DNA of 62,999 nucleotides, the filler included, from Hyphochytrium catenoides (taxonomy: Eukaryota > Protista > Hyphochytriomycota): assembly GCA_900088475.1 (NCBI GenBank). It is 13 parts of 13 records of this genome, joined end to end, with 100 filler letters (N's around TTAATTAATTAA, not from the genome) between each part and the next. Parts side by side here need not be neighbours in the genome. Positions count along the whole stretch, not along the records: positions 39,309 to 43,808 come from FLMG01004562.1; positions 43,909 to 55,855 come from FLMG01003378.1; 11 more parts are not named here. One strand, 5' to 3'. Both the position numbers and the translations under genes were made by a program. How positions within the stretch are numbered: the stretch's first letter is position 1; each line of letters begins with the position of its first letter. Shown here piece after piece: positions 40,915 through 54,350 of this stretch. The notes beneath the pieces were generated by a model, which searched no databases, was not told where the DNA came from, and was given only the letters and a program-made list of their open reading frames with translations.

Positions 40915-41916
40915 ATGCTCGACAAGAGCTTGGGTCCTCACCCTGAAGATATCAAAGCAAACACCTCTACTCAAACATCGACCAAGATGTCAGCTGGTGA
41001 AGAGGGAAGGGAAAGACATGCCACGAGCTCTGCTGGTGTACGCCTCAATCAGTCCATAAACAAACTGCCAGAGAGTATGCAAGAGGCTCAGGTTCATTTT
41101 AGATCTGTCGTCAAGAGTGAGCTGCAGCAGTTGATGGCAGCAGGCGTAGCACGGGAGAAGGCTGTTCAACTGCTATTAGGGAGGATAGTGGAGAACTTCA
41201 CAGCCCCTATGGAAGATGATGTTAAGCATGTCATGAAGACATTTCAGCTGAATTATGACGATGCTGTCAGAGCTCTCATAGTCAAACAAGAACTTGGTCG
41301 ACTGAAGAGAAGAGGCCTCGCACCGTTAGCAGCAATAGAAGAGCTGACGCGGAAAATGCAAGGTGCCACGTTTGAGTCTGAAGAAGATCCAGTCCAGTCT
41401 ACACCATTGAGCACTACCATTGAAGAAGCAACAACCAGCTGCTCATCCGCAAAAGAGAGCAATTCTTTTCCTGAGGATGAAGGGGTAAGTCCAGAATCGG
41501 TTGGATATGACTTATCGTCACCTCCCCGTCCAGAGGCAGGGGATAGCGTGCTGTCTTCTGCACGCAGCAAAAAAAGGATTGTTCCGCCAGAGGCCGAGAC
41601 GGAAGAGACAGAGAATAGTGTGAATCACCCACCGCAGTCCCAAAGGTTACCTCTTCCCTTGGACTTCCACAAAGCCTACCCTAGCTCCATACTACGTCCG
41701 TCACAGGTGACAACTACCCTTGGGACGAAGAGGAGACAGTACACTGCCGACTGTCCGAATGAGAAGCAAGAGTCTAGCAATAACCATTCTATTCGACCAG
41801 CCAAGAAAGCGCGCAGTAAGTCTCCCCTGAAGTCGCCGATGCCAGCAGGAGTAAAGAGAGACAGGACGCTGGATAACGAGCCTCTTCACGAATGTGCAAA
41901 GAGGATGAGATTGTAG
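40915..41916 (+). CDS. Hypothetical protein, intronless; helical N-terminal domain plus S/E/P-rich disordered tail with basic NLS-like end
   Basis: 368-codon non-repetitive ORF (first ATG 40915). Helical segment VKSELQQLMAAGVAREKAVQLLL..YDDAVRALIVKQELGRLKRRG..AIEELTRKM. Confidence 0.75.
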   Translation: MLDKSLGPHPEDIKANTSTQTSTKMSAGEEGRERHATSSAGVRLNQSINKLPESMQEAQVHFRSVVKSELQQLMAAGVAREKAVQLLLGRIVENFTAPMEDDVKHVMKTFQLNYDDAVRALIVKQELGRLKRRGLAPLAAIEELTRKMQGATFESEEDPVQSTPLSTTIEEATTSCSSAKESNSFPEDEGVSPESVGYDLSSPPRPEAGDSVLSSARSKKRIVPPEAETEETENSVNHPPQSQRLPLPLDFHKAYPSSILRPSQVTTTLGTKRRQYTADCPNEKQESSNNHSIRPAKKARSKSPLKSPMPAGVKRDRTLDNEPLHECAKRMRL

Positions 41917-44900
41917 ATATGATTGTACATACCTTGAGGCCACAATTGTCAGTATACTATGAGAATGGTTGTTAATAGCGTGTGGCCTCGGCCCTGTCCA
42001 TACAGTGTCTTAGTCGACTACCCAGCCAAAGGTAACCATAATACACAGTGCCCTTTTAGCTTCTTGTCAGCCCTTTTTGTCCATGGCGGACATAACATTG
42101 TTTGGTCGCTCTGGACTCATTTGTCAGGCGAGTTACCAGTCATACCTACGTCCTATTGCCCGTCCATGCATACCAATACTTCTTGTTCTCACTGTCACGT
42201 CCTCGCCTGTGTAATAAAGTTCATAAGCCTAGTAGCTGGACGGTCGAGACATTGCTAGTTGCCGTTATAATTGTTTGGCTCTGGCTTTCGTTATCGTGGT
42301 GTTTGACGCTGAAGCTGTTTGCTTCTGTTTGGAAAGGCCTACCCTGCCTTAACCTCCCTTACAAGTCCTCAATAAAGGCAAGCCTATGTTAAAGCGCTAT
42401 TTAGCCCGATGAAAGGACCATGGAGTTCCCACCCATATAAAAGCGCTGTTGTTACAATCCTACTTCTTCAAGCTTTGTTCCTCAGTTGGTTCACTCCTGA
42501 CGTGAGGATCCGCATCAGGAGGAACCGATGAAACATTTCCACAATGTGCTTCCTTGGGTACAGCAGGGATTCACAGTAGGGCCAAAGCAGCATCTGCCCA
42601 GGACATGAGATAAAGTGCATGAGCTAGCAGGTGGAGGTGCTTTTTGCTCCCACCGTTATCGCTAAAGTGTTGGAGATTGTCACCATAGAATGACTCCATT
42701 CCTGCACCATCCCGGGGCAGGGGACATGTCATTCCACTTCTCTAGCTGCACGACCTCTGGATTCTCAAGATATTGAGCTCGGCATTCAGCCCTTATAATC
42801 TACTATAGGGACCCTACTAAAAATTCTCCGAACCGCTCCTACAACCTAGTGGTCTTTCAACCTCACTATCCATCAGGACCAAAGCACACCAAACTCTCCA
42901 ACTAAACACGAAGATCTGTTGCTGCAGGGCAAAGGGGCAGTGCAGAAGATATGCTATTCCTCCGCGATGATGATGATGAGACGAGGGTTATCGGGGCCAG
43001 TTCCAGACTCTAGCTGTCTCATCCTCCGCGCCGGCGATGCTCCCAAAGCACCAACTACCAAACGCCACAGAAATGTTAGCAGCCGATTGGCGTTGGTGAA
43101 AGGTTATTGCTCTTCCTAGGCGCGGAGGTTTCCAATCAATAGATTTCTATGAATGAAAGAATAGTTCCGTATCCTAAATCTATGCAATTAATTTGCATAC
43201 TATCAAGGAGGGGAAAGTATCAGCAGAAGGTTATTCTGAACATAAGACACGTGTGAATTATTCAAAGCCTGTTCGTGTTGAAAGCTTCGCGATTCGGGCC
43301 GTTTCTGAGTTTGGCTGTGGGACTGACACGGCCACAGTGTCTCTTCCTCGTGCTGTCCCAGGACATCCATGCAAACGCTCACCGCGCTGCTGCTCCTGTT
43401 CGCTCGCTCGGGCGGCGTCGAGGGCATCCAAGCTCCTCTCTGGTTGACGGTGAGAAGCGAAAGTTCAGCACTTATCAGTGCGGGAGCCAGTCGGATTAGG
43501 CTGGATGTAGGTGAAAGCTCACCTTCGTGACATCCCTCCTGCTTGCCGCCGTGATTCAAAGTTCCAGTTTACTTGAGGACATTCACCACGCTTTCAAAGC
43601 AAGTGATCGGCAGAGACACGGTTTTATTGAAGCGTTGTCTTTGCAGGTCGTGGATCAGGGCCAACTGTCCTAACCTCTAAGAAGCTTCACAGTCCATCGT
43701 CGCATCCAAGATAGCCGACATTGGTTTTTCTCTCAAAACCATGCCTCCTCAATCTCAAACAGCAGTCTCATGGGTATGGATGGATATGCTCAAGCCAGCC
43801 AATCTTCTNNNNNNNNNNNNNNNNNNNNNNNNNNNNNNNNNNNNNNNNNNNNTTAATTAATTAANNNNNNNNNNNNNNNNNNNNNNNNNNNNNNNNNNNN
43901 NNNNNNNNCACAGGAGCAGCAAAGAGATGGAGACTGATGGCACAACGCATGCGACTGTCCATCACTCTGTGGCGCTTGCTTTGTTAGTCCAGGGCAAAGA
44001 GCACAGTTTACCTCCTCCTTGCCTGTCCCTTTCCTGGCAGCTTCCAGAACCTACGAGCATGCTCACCCACAGCCTGTCTGGCCCGAAGATTCAAAGTCGT
44101 TCCAAACTGATGTGTTGACTGCTTTTTGACTCAGGCGTTTGACTCTGTGGTGTCGTTTGTCTTTTGTCTTTGTCGTGAATGTCAGCAAGCCGTTGCTAGA
44201 TGCTTCGAGATGCTCCAACAACAAGACGACGGAAGTGGGCAGACTTGACCTTTGACCTGATAGATTGCCCATAACAGCAGCCTGTGATCCATCCTGCTTT
44301 GCTCTCTTTCAAGAGATAGTGGAGGTTTCCCCACAGTGATGGCGGTGTGGGTACTGCTTTTTGCAGTGGTTCAGTAGCCGGCCACTTGCGTTGGGATGAC
44401 GAAACCTAACAAACGTGTTCGGAGTGGTTATTTTTACTGGTGGTCGACATCAAGACCTGCCATTTTGTCAACAAGGAAAGCTTGCCAGCGAGCATTCGCA
44501 CGGGCAGCATGGCAGCTTCACACATCATAGAGTTTATGACTGAAAGCCACGATTCATCAGCGGCAGCTCAAAATATAACGGCCACAGGCAGAAGGTTGCA
44601 GTGTTAAAACCCTCCGGAACCTTGAAAGCAATTGATAAACACTGCTTCTATGACTACGCCTCCTCTTAACCTCCATCAACAGCTTGCCTGGCTTTAAGTA
44701 CAGGATCACTCTAAGAGCCAGTCCTTATATTATAAAGTCTATTGCTATTACCGTGCTTCTTGTAAGGTTCGCCAATAAGCGGGCTCGCAGGTAAAAAAAG
44801 TGACGCTCCCTAATATAAGCGCTAACTTTCATATAATACCTCTCCTTCCTTCTTTATGTTGAAGTATAAAAGTGCAGAAGGACGCTCCTCGTAGACTTGC

Positions 44901-45312
44901 TTATCTAAAGCTTTCTATAAAAAATACTACTACCTTGCTATCCAAGCAGTCCCCGGCCTTACCCAAATAAATTGTCAGAGTGATGGAGTCAATGAAAATC
45001 TGAAGCGCAGTTCGTGGACAAGCTTATAGTAGCCAACCCTTGCAGCTGGCTGACACCTGCAGCTGACTGAAAGGCTTTCTCGCTATCCACTTCTTGAGAA
45101 CCTCAGGAGCCTCCGCAAATCAAGCTCCGTTGGTCAACACAGAGAGGGATAGGGATACCAGGCCTGCCTGGGATATAGAGAGCCTGACCGAGTTCGGAAA
45201 GCCAGCAGCCTGCTCTGGACAGGCTACTCTCCCTTATCTGCCATGCAATGCAATATTGAAAGCAGTATGAGGTGCCGCAGTACCGAAGTAATAGGTCCAA
45301 AGCTAGCCTCCA

Positions 45313-46345
45313 CTAGCGCAGATTAAGAGCCTTCTTGCGCAGTAGCAGTTCATCAAAGTCGCTGAGGTTGTCCAGTGCATCTTGGACGCCCCACCTAAAC
45401 TGTGTCCGAGCCCAATCTTCACAAGTTCTTACATACAGCCAATGCGGCCACACTCTACGCCAGTCACCTAGTTGAATGACCTTTGCTGGTCTATCCTCAA
45501 AAGGAATAGGGCAGTTATTTGTTAGCGAGCCATCGAGACAGTGGTTTCCTCGATAGAACTTGGTCAGTGAAGGGCCAAATATTGACACCCATCCAGAAGC
45601 TGTCATGCAGTCAATCATGTCCTCGTTATCGTCCCACCCAGTGAACAACTGGTTCTTGGGTTATATGGGGTGAGCACAATGAAAGATGGAGCGCGGGAGA
45701 GAGACAGGGACGAAACGAGTAAGAAAGGCAGAGAGATAACATTGAAGTTAGCCACGTATTAGCTCTTAGCATTTGGGGTATCCAAGAGCTTCTTACCTTC
45801 ATTCCGAACCCGCCCAGCCTTGTGACGGAGCAGTAGAATTTATAGTTAGCTGCTTTATAGGCATCCTCAGGTAGCCTCTTCATCGTGAAGCCTTTGACAT
45901 CTGGGATCCAATGATAGAGAGACCGGAGTGGTCTCTTCCCTGTGTGGTTTATAAGGGGGACGTTCCACTCTTCAAACTCCTTCCTCACGTCGGCACCCAA
46001 CGCTAGGAGGAGAGCTGGAAAGCAGCCCGCACTTGAACCCGAAAAGATGACGTTGTCCAAGTGAAAGTGCTGCTGGATGACCGCGGCGACGCCCAGAAAG
46101 TAGTTGTACATGCCACCGCAGCCACCAAAGCCAAGCTGGACGAAGCCATTTTGACGTAGGGAGGAGCGGAGTACACGAGAGGGGAGAGCAGCATTATTCA
46201 TTTCTTTCTCGGCTTTGCGCTTGCCGCCACGGCGAGCTAGGACTCCAACATCGTTCTCATCCGCCTTCCAAGAAGGAAAAGGACCGAAGGGTACTACATC
46301 CGTGCTAGACGCTGCTTGTGAGTTTGGCGACCAGAAGCTGTCCAT
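45313..46345 (-). CDS. Patatin-like phospholipase (PNPLA family)
   Basis: GFGGCGGMYNYFLGVA (glycine-rich oxyanion loop), GSSAG (GxSxG), DMIDCMTAS, CLDGSLTNN (DGx). One intron, 45796 to ~45655/45649. Confidence 0.88.
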
Positions 46346-47864
46346 ACTGAATAAACCCTTGGCGTGGTGATATGCCGGGGAATAGGCTCAAGACGCGGTT
46401 CTGAAGCCACTAGCAGTCCTCTCAATCGGCCCTAGGATAAGGTATGTCAAGAACTGAATGCTTCCTCTCCTTAGCCGATCAAGAGCTGTCAGAAGAAGTT
46501 CTCAGTCAATTGAGCTTCCTCCGGAGTAACTCTCAGGTCAAGCCTTCAGGTCTCCGGCTCTCACGATAGGTCCTCGCTTGACAACGGCTTTGGCCTCCTT
46601 ATCTTCTGGACCGACCCACCTCAAACCATCTTCGCAGCTTGACCAACATCCTGTCATCCTGTCTCTCTGACTGACAGCAGGAGCTGGTAACGTCTACGTT
46701 CTAGCATCCTGAAAGGTATATCGTGGATATATTAGAGAGTTAGAAGAATAACACCGTTCGAATGATGAATCATCATGACCATTTGCCCTCTTGTTGTGGG
46801 CGGCCGCAATCCGTTTCTCTTTGCTTGATCTTTAGCTCCGTCATCAGTCATCAGCTACTTGGGGCCTTTCAATGACAGGACCAACTGCTGTCGGCACGGT
46901 AAGGACGAGCTGTAGAAAGAGATGCAGCCTCAGACCGAGGAGACATCCTCAAGATTCATACGCCAACAGGTAGCAGGTAACGGGTGGTGAAATAGAAGAG
47001 AATGGGTGCCCAAATATGGAAGCTAATGACCGAAGGATAGATAATAAGGCACAAGAAGCTTCAACTCTGGTAGGGAATGGCGGAGCCTCAATGGGCTTGT
47101 CAACTCCAGCAGACTGTTAGTGCTTGTCATCCAAATTGACCTCTATGGCCGCAATGCCTTTTCTTAGAACGGCCACCGAGTGGATTTACTTCGAAAGAAA
47201 GCTGGTCTCTAGCTCGCGAAGCGGCGGCGACCTGTATCCCTAAGTAGTGGTAGAGGATGTTGTCAAGGCAGCTGGAGATCGCCAGCGGCCACTCAGAGAA
47301 GTGGGTGCCCGTGATAAGAAGAAGTATAACTCCTCAGTACCACTGCGGCTGCCTGCCAGTGCTGCTGTCTCAGGTCTCTGAAGTTTCATGCTGCCACGGT
47401 TCTGCTCAGAAGCGAAGTAACCTCAGCAGCTCCGGGCCTAGAGGACAGTTATTGAAACAGCTGTAAGCGATAGCGAAACTAGAGATTGTATATAATAATT
47501 TCACCACGGTGACCATAACATTCACTCTTAGCCTGCTGCTCTGCCCGTAAGTGCTCCAATAAGTACGGGGGCCAGCCACCAAAGAGGAAACAGCCAGCTG
47601 AGTTTCCCCTGCTTCAGTCTAGGCCGATACTTTATTATTGATCCTCTCGCTCAAGAATAAGGGTTAAGAGAGCTCGACTAATGTATGGACCAGAAGTTAA
47701 GACGGTAGATCAAACGCTGATCAGACATACTTCTTGTCCCCAGTCGTTCGCGGGCGGAAGTGAGACGCAAACTGCTTCCTGATGCCTTGAAAACAGTGTC
47801 ATCGTTTACAAGGTCTGCTGAGGCTTGCAGAATGGCTAGGAGTCTATAAGTCAGGAGCTTGGCC

Positions 47865-50837
47865 TCACTCTTCTTCACTTTCTTGTCCTCTTCCCTTCCC
47901 AGTGTTCCTTCCAACTCTTGCTTCCGGAGGGCGAGATACCAGAGATGACAGGAGACCGAGAGAGTCTTCGTCAAAAGCCACCTCATAGTTCTGCAGGACT
48001 TCAGCGACAATTTTGTCGACCCCAAAGTCGGGTCGATTTTCAGCCAGTGCTTTTATGTAGCAGTAAGCAGTCTTCCCGTCAATAGCGCCTTCCTGCTTCT
48101 CGAGAATGTCCAGCAGCTGCTTACACTGTGTCAAGTTTCCTAGATTGGCGTGAGCCGCGACCAACAGCCTGATAAGCCAACTCTGAGACTTGCCACGGAG
48201 CATATCTCCCTTCTGAAGCAGCTCCTGCAGTTTCTCCAGGTTCCCCATTCTCGCATAGCCCATCATTAGCCTCTTTACCATGAAAACATCTGGCTGCTGG
48301 TGTAAGGTCGGCATCACCTCAAAGATAAACTTCTCTGCTTCCGAGAGCCTCTCCTCATCGATGTAGCGACGTAGCAGCCAGTTACAAGCAGCCAATGTAG
48401 GCTTCCAACCACGTTGCTTGTACCCGTTCAGCACTAAATCGGCCGTTTTATCAACGCTCTCCATCTTCGCGGTGACCTTAACGAGGTTGTCATAATGCCT
48501 CGGTTCTAAACTTGCTCTATGCATAACCTCCATCGATTTATAGACAGCCACAGCTTTGGCCGCCTGGCGATTTTGCACATAGCCAACCAGAATCATCTCC
48601 CAGATGAGAAAATCTGACTGGACGCCCAGAGTTGGCATCATCTTCGTAGCAAAACTATGCGCTTCAGCTAATCTTCTCGCAGAGACGTAGTGATGAACTA
48701 GAACCCTGCAGACCATCACTGGAAGCTGCAAGCCCCTCTCTCTAAATCCAGTGACCATGACCTCAGCCATTCTGTCCACATTCCCAGCCTTACCATGAGC
48801 CAGTGCAACGCACTCCAGGTGCCTCGCCTCGGGCTTATGTCCGTATGTCGCCTCCATTTTTAAAATGCATGCTTCTGCTTCGTCTGCCATACCCAACTCC
48901 GCGTATGCTTCCAAAAGCCTCTGTATGCTTGAAAGTTCAAGATTTTGACTGTTGTTTAGACGTGGCCCTACCTCGGCTATGCAGCTCCTTGCTTCGTTCA
49001 TCCTCCTGGTCCTCGCATCAGAGCAAGCCAGGTGCCTCCAGGCACCAGACGAAGGCTGCCAACCGTGTCTTTCGTACTCCTTCAGAGCGAAATCGCTTAC
49101 TTTCTCCACCTCTCCGAGCTCACCATAGCCCATGACCACGGAATCGAGGTAGCGTGGTTGAGTTTCCACCCCAAATAGTGACTGTACATCTTCGTAAAGG
49201 GTTACTAACTTGTCTGTCAGTCCCAGGGCGCCATAAAGACGGAACAACTCGTATAGAGCCGCACCCACAGAGTCTAAGTCCCCGACCGAACCGCGGCGAC
49301 GAGAGAGTATCTTTTTGGCGCTCATATACCTTGGGGAGCACCGATACGCCAGAAGTAGAAGCTTTAGGCAATGGACGTTTGGGGAGATGCCCATTTTGCT
49401 CATGTTTGATAGCTCCTTCTCCGCGGCCTCAGGGTTACCCTCCTGAGCGTAGGCTCTGATGAGCAAAGAATGCAGCCAAGCATCTTTAGGTTTAAATTGA
49501 AGCCGTCCCATCAGCTCGTGAACAACCCGTGACATTCCTTCTACGTCACGTGCCGCGAGGAGGCCTTTGAGCGCGGCCTGAAAGTAAGGATAGAGAGGAG
49601 CCCCGTTCGTTTCTGACCTTTCAATCAGTATGCGGGCGACACCATCATAGCCTGAGGACAAAGCTGCGTGTTTGACCGCCCGAAGAGAGGCACTATCGTC
49701 TGTCGATCGCAGTCTCATTGCTTCAGGCAGAATTATGTCTCGTATGTCGGAAAATCCAGGTTCAGAGCCTCTATCTTCCTGCAGGTCAGCTATAACAGCC
49801 TTTGGCAGCTTCTTGACCAAGGTTGGAGAGACCGTCAGCCCTGTCTGCAGGATAGAAAGAGCTGAAGGCCAATCTCTCGCAGACAGGACACAGCGGAATA
49901 GAGCCTCTTTGACTCCTGTGTCCATTTGGACGCCACTTTCTGCTTCAACCTTTCTCACAAACGCCATTGCTTTTGCTCCCTCCTTGGCCAGCTCGTACCC
50001 CTCAAGCATGACTATAAGTGTTTCTCGATTGGCGATCAACCCATGAGTGGCGAACCCTTCCTGACAGAGCTGTTCTGCCTCTTTCAAACGTTTCTCCCAG
50101 GTATAGGTACGCAGAAGCTTGTGCATCGCAGCCATGGATGGCTTCAGGCCCCGGCGTCGCATCTCTATCAGTAGCTTTTCGGCCTCTGTGATGCATCTGT
50201 GATTCTCAAGGAACTTGAGAAGATTGGGCGTCTTCTGGCACCAGATATTAAGGCCTAATGCAGTGGCCATGTCATAGATGCACCTTGAGAGCTCGCCCTC
50301 GCCATAACCAGCAATGGCCAATGCCTTCATTGCCATCTCACAGTGCTCTATTTGCACCCTAAAGCCTTGTCCTCTTGTCCTTTGGAGGAAATCCATAACA
50401 CCGTCGTAACCCTTCTCCTTAGCAAGCTTACAAAGAAGATCAAAGGTGAGTTGATGAGCATCGTTAGAGTTAAGACCATTCCCCTTTTGCCAGATCAAGG
50501 TTTCGGCTTGACGCCAATCACCTCGATCGATGGCTGAACGGATACGTGGCTCTGACGCTGCTCCATTGTTGCTTTCCTTTGTGTCGGAGGCAGTAGTCTT
50601 TACGCTGCAGAAACTCCTTGAGACGCCAGCTTCTGGGAACAAAAAAAGGTGCCGAGGAGGAGAGGTACATCCAGTGCTCCCTAGCTCTCGACTGTTCCTC
50701 CGAGCTTTGATAATCTGGGAGACTGGATACGATCGTACCACTGACTGACGACCTCCATGGTTCACAAAGAAGACGCGTGGATCTTTGGCTTCGCCCTTCC
50801 ATGCTAAGCATCGACTGCTACGCCCGAGAGCCTTCAT
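47865..50837 (-). CDS. Pentatricopeptide-repeat (PPR) protein, probably organelle-targeted
   Basis: 990-aa intronless ORF with recurring ~35-aa units (MRRRGLKPSMAAMHKLL, LLIRAYAQEGNPEAAEKELSNMSKMGISPN, LLEAYAELGMADEAEACILKM, WKPTLAACNWLL). R/S-rich N-terminus. Confidence 0.9.
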   Translation of the reverse strand: MKALGRSSRCLAWKGEAKDPRVFFVNHGGRQSVVRSYPVSQIIKARRNSRELGSTGCTSPPRHLFLFPEAGVSRSFCSVKTTASDTKESNNGAASEPRIRSAIDRGDWRQAETLIWQKGNGLNSNDAHQLTFDLLCKLAKEKGYDGVMDFLQRTRGQGFRVQIEHCEMAMKALAIAGYGEGELSRCIYDMATALGLNIWCQKTPNLLKFLENHRCITEAEKLLIEMRRRGLKPSMAAMHKLLRTYTWEKRLKEAEQLCQEGFATHGLIANRETLIVMLEGYELAKEGAKAMAFVRKVEAESGVQMDTGVKEALFRCVLSARDWPSALSILQTGLTVSPTLVKKLPKAVIADLQEDRGSEPGFSDIRDIILPEAMRLRSTDDSASLRAVKHAALSSGYDGVARILIERSETNGAPLYPYFQAALKGLLAARDVEGMSRVVHELMGRLQFKPKDAWLHSLLIRAYAQEGNPEAAEKELSNMSKMGISPNVHCLKLLLLAYRCSPRYMSAKKILSRRRGSVGDLDSVGAALYELFRLYGALGLTDKLVTLYEDVQSLFGVETQPRYLDSVVMGYGELGEVEKVSDFALKEYERHGWQPSSGAWRHLACSDARTRRMNEARSCIAEVGPRLNNSQNLELSSIQRLLEAYAELGMADEAEACILKMEATYGHKPEARHLECVALAHGKAGNVDRMAEVMVTGFRERGLQLPVMVCRVLVHHYVSARRLAEAHSFATKMMPTLGVQSDFLIWEMILVGYVQNRQAAKAVAVYKSMEVMHRASLEPRHYDNLVKVTAKMESVDKTADLVLNGYKQRGWKPTLAACNWLLRRYIDEERLSEAEKFIFEVMPTLHQQPDVFMVKRLMMGYARMGNLEKLQELLQKGDMLRGKSQSWLIRLLVAAHANLGNLTQCKQLLDILEKQEGAIDGKTAYCYIKALAENRPDFGVDKIVAEVLQNYEVAFDEDSLGLLSSLVSRPPEARVGRNTGKGRGQESEEE

Positions 50838-51422
50838 GCACTGCTAACCTAGGCCAGTGGCAAAGAGCCACTACTGAATGGTCACAGCCAGCTCAAGGCT
50901 AGCTGATGTGGACGTCCTATCACGTCATAGTAGACCACTGAGGAAGATCAGGTCATTGACGATAGTCTCAGGATGCTTTTCGATTCGTCCGTGTAGCCAC
51001 TGTGACGACCTGATCATCGATGCACAGGCCGAGCCGCAGACTCAACGCTGGACTGGTCAGAGGCACAGACGGCAGGAGATGCCGCGGCACAGCCCAGACG
51101 AACGATAATTGACCTGTCAAGTTGACTTGATCCGCACCCAGTCAATTTTAGATGCACTCAAACCTGACGATGCAATGAAGACCTGTGGATAGTTCACAGT
51201 CAAAAATCATAATACATTTTACTTGCGAGTTACGAAGATGAATTTTAACGTCAAAAATACCAGTCAAGCTCCCCCTCACTTGTAAAAAGTTGCGAATCGG
51301 TTGTTCAGACTCTGAAAGCCAAGCTGAAGCTCAACACCTCCTCCTTCAGCCACCATTGGACCCTTGATGTTGAGCTTCGAGGCTTCGACCCCTGGCAATG
51401 GCATTGTGGCAATAGCAGGAGG

Positions 51423-53893
51423 ATGCCAATGCCATCGGCGAAGACGCTCCGCTGTCCGCGATGCCTCACACCGTCGGAAGGTCTAACAGTCTCTCTTTCT
51501 TTCCGCCCATCAGCGACCTTGGGAAATTGCCTCCATCAGGGTGCCAGGGGTCTCTATGCGCTTCAAGCGGAGCAGGGACTGCTCGTTATATTCAAGCTCT
51601 GCCAAAACGATGATGATGGTAAGCCGATTGAAGCCTAGCTGACGACTGGTGGCGTGGCCCCTGCTGATCTTTTGTCCAGGGGTATCAAGGGATGAAGCTC
51701 ATTTCCTCAAGGTCATTAGCAGATACCCTTACACAGTGGCTTGCGTTTCTTGGTCCAAGGACGGCAGATGGTTAGCTGCTGGTATTGTGGGGCCCAGATG
51801 CGCTGTACACATCTTTGACGCAGAGCACGATTTTCGCATAGCCTTTGACATCACAACCTCAGCAGAACCAAAGGACATTCTTGTCGTGCCAAAGCGCACT
51901 TGCCAGCTGTCCTCACAAGGGGCTGCCAATACTTGTCTAGGTCTTGCGCGCGCAGAAGACGGCGGGAAGCCGTCTAGATCAAACGTGCACCAACTTCAGG
52001 GGCAAGGACCTGAAGTCCACCTCATCCTGGGTGGTGTTGGCGGAATCCAGGTCCATCGTTTGCCTAAGGAGCTATCTGATCCGCCGATACTAGTTGCCCC
52101 AGAGCTAACCATCTGCAAACTAGGTCTTTCCCTTGATAACTCCTACTTAGCAGCTGCAGCTTATGATGGTAGGTTGGAGGTATGGGTGTTAAGCGACATT
52201 TTGGAAGGCACTCCTATGCCGCCAAAGTGGCCCTTGAAGCTCCACGAACAGAAAAGAGCAACAAGCGTCGCTTTCTCTCCATGCGGGAGGCTCCTAGCGG
52301 TGGGCTCTTGGGACAAGAAACTCTCCTTGTTCCTACTTGAGGATGGACAGGAAGGTCTGGCGGCTGGAGGTCTCAGGTCTCGCCAATCTCTCCCTGTATG
52401 GAGCCATGACGTAGGGAAGCAGGCCTCGTTGCCCTCCTCAGAGGTCAAGCTTAGCAGAAACATTGAGAATGTGGCTCTTCGTGCCTTGAGAGTCCCTACT
52501 CTTCTCGCTTGGGCTACTACGAAAGGACAAGGTACCAGTTACCTTCAAGTGGCTGCGGGTGATACGCTCGAAACCCATCATATCCCTTCTGATCTCTCTC
52601 ATCTCACTCTTGGTGCGTTCAGTTCTCAAGCTCCCAAACCCATATCCTACCACGTTCAGCCTGGTGAGTGCATCGCCGGCATAAGCCTTGCCTGCACTAG
52701 AAGTGAATGCTCTTCTCTTTCATTGGTGACCAAAATGGGTAATCTTACTCGGCGGTGGTGCCATGGTGCTCAGGCATCTTTAATCGGACACTCGGTCACG
52801 ACCTGGCGTCAAAAGTATATTTTCCAACAGAATGAAGGAGGCGCTTTCGCCATAGAGACTGCGGGCCCTGATTACATCCTCTTCCGTTATTCACCCCTGG
52901 GGACTCAAAGCTCTCATGGCTCTCGCTTGGTAGTGGCTGACATGCTAATGCAGACAGACCTGCCATTTCTTCTCCACTATCAGTCCTCTACGTACCCGCT
53001 TTCGGAGTCAAAGGAAGACGAAAGTCAGGGCGCGGGAGGAGGACACAAAGTGGACATTACCATGGATCAGAGCTGGGTAGATGACAGTGATGAGCCAGCG
53101 TTATACAGAAGAGTATTCTGTATTGGCTACGCTTTCGTCGTTGTTGCTGCAACCTCAGTTTTTGTTTATCGAGACAAGGCCGATGGGGGTTCGGGCCAGT
53201 GGGAGCATCACGCGGCAGGATTAGAGGTGATACTCTCTGCTGTAGTTAGTGGTGAGTTGTTTCTTGGTCGCTCGTGTTATCGTCAGTCATGCTTCTTCTT
53301 AGGCAGCTAAACCCATTCTCTGTATCTCTAGTATTGGTATTGATTAGTAAACGATGACTGGAAGTCCAGGAGGTTAAAATAGAGTTCTCTTTGACATTCT
53401 TTTGGGCAGGAAAGTGGCTTTTGCTGATAGGGCGAGACGGCGAGGTGTGCCTGGTCGATACTCTTAAGATAGAACTGCATTGCGAGTCGACCTTGGATCT
53501 GGCTTGGATGTCAGAGGCAGGATTCCCCTTTCGCCGGTAAGCAGTCAAGCCGTTAATGGTCTGTATAATAAAGCTTTGCATTCTAAACGGCTCGCAGTTG
53601 TTACGTCAATGGCAGCTCTTCCCGTCTGGAGGCAATCTTGCGCACATCTGTCAGCCACAACAGCACTGACTTTCCCCTGCTTCTGAGATTCGATGGTAAG
53701 TCTTGAAAAGCTATTGCGTCCTTTGAGGGCACGTAGGGGCCTTGGGCTAAACTTGTCTCGAGAGAGAAAAGGTCTTGAATCAATACTTGGAGTTAGCTGT
53801 GTCCGCCTAACAGAAGATGGCTCGGATACCGTGGATGGGAAGGCATCGTATTCATTCCTTGAGGAGAACGCAGCATCCAGAAGCGTTGAGTAA
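51423..53893 (+). CDS. WD40-repeat protein
   Basis: Main exon ~51680-53251 with VACVSWSKDGRWLAAG, LSLDNSYLAAAAYDGRLEVW, SVAFSPCGRLLAVGSWDKKLSLF. Flanking exons 51423-51618, ~53410-53537 and ~53796-53893 are tentative. Confidence 0.75.
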
Positions 53894-54350
53894 GCCTGAA
53901 GACCGTTGATGGTGACCGAGGTTAGTCTCATGTCCCATAATTTGAGCACCACTTGCCACCGTCTGATGCAAACTTTTCTTCCCGTGACTTGTAGATAGCC
54001 GATTGCCCTCGCTCTAGTAATGGCTCATGATAGGTAATGTTCGCTTCTGCTAACGTATGCTAGAGGGCAGAGGTTTATTATATCGTTTCGTCAGCGCGGG
54101 CAGTGGTCCGTTGTCCATGGCTCTATTATTTAATTTCAAAGGTGAAGGTAGGGTAGCAATTCTTTAAAATTTAACATTATCAGAAGCATCAATCGTGACT
54201 GACGAGAGCCTTCAATCCTGGGCCATCACCACGACAGTTTAAGCTGCATGAAAGAACTGCATGATAGACCCACACAAAGATATGTTAATAATAGAATAAA
54301 TAGCAAACGAATAGTGAAGAAGAAATAGAGTGGCTCGGAAGGAAGGAGGT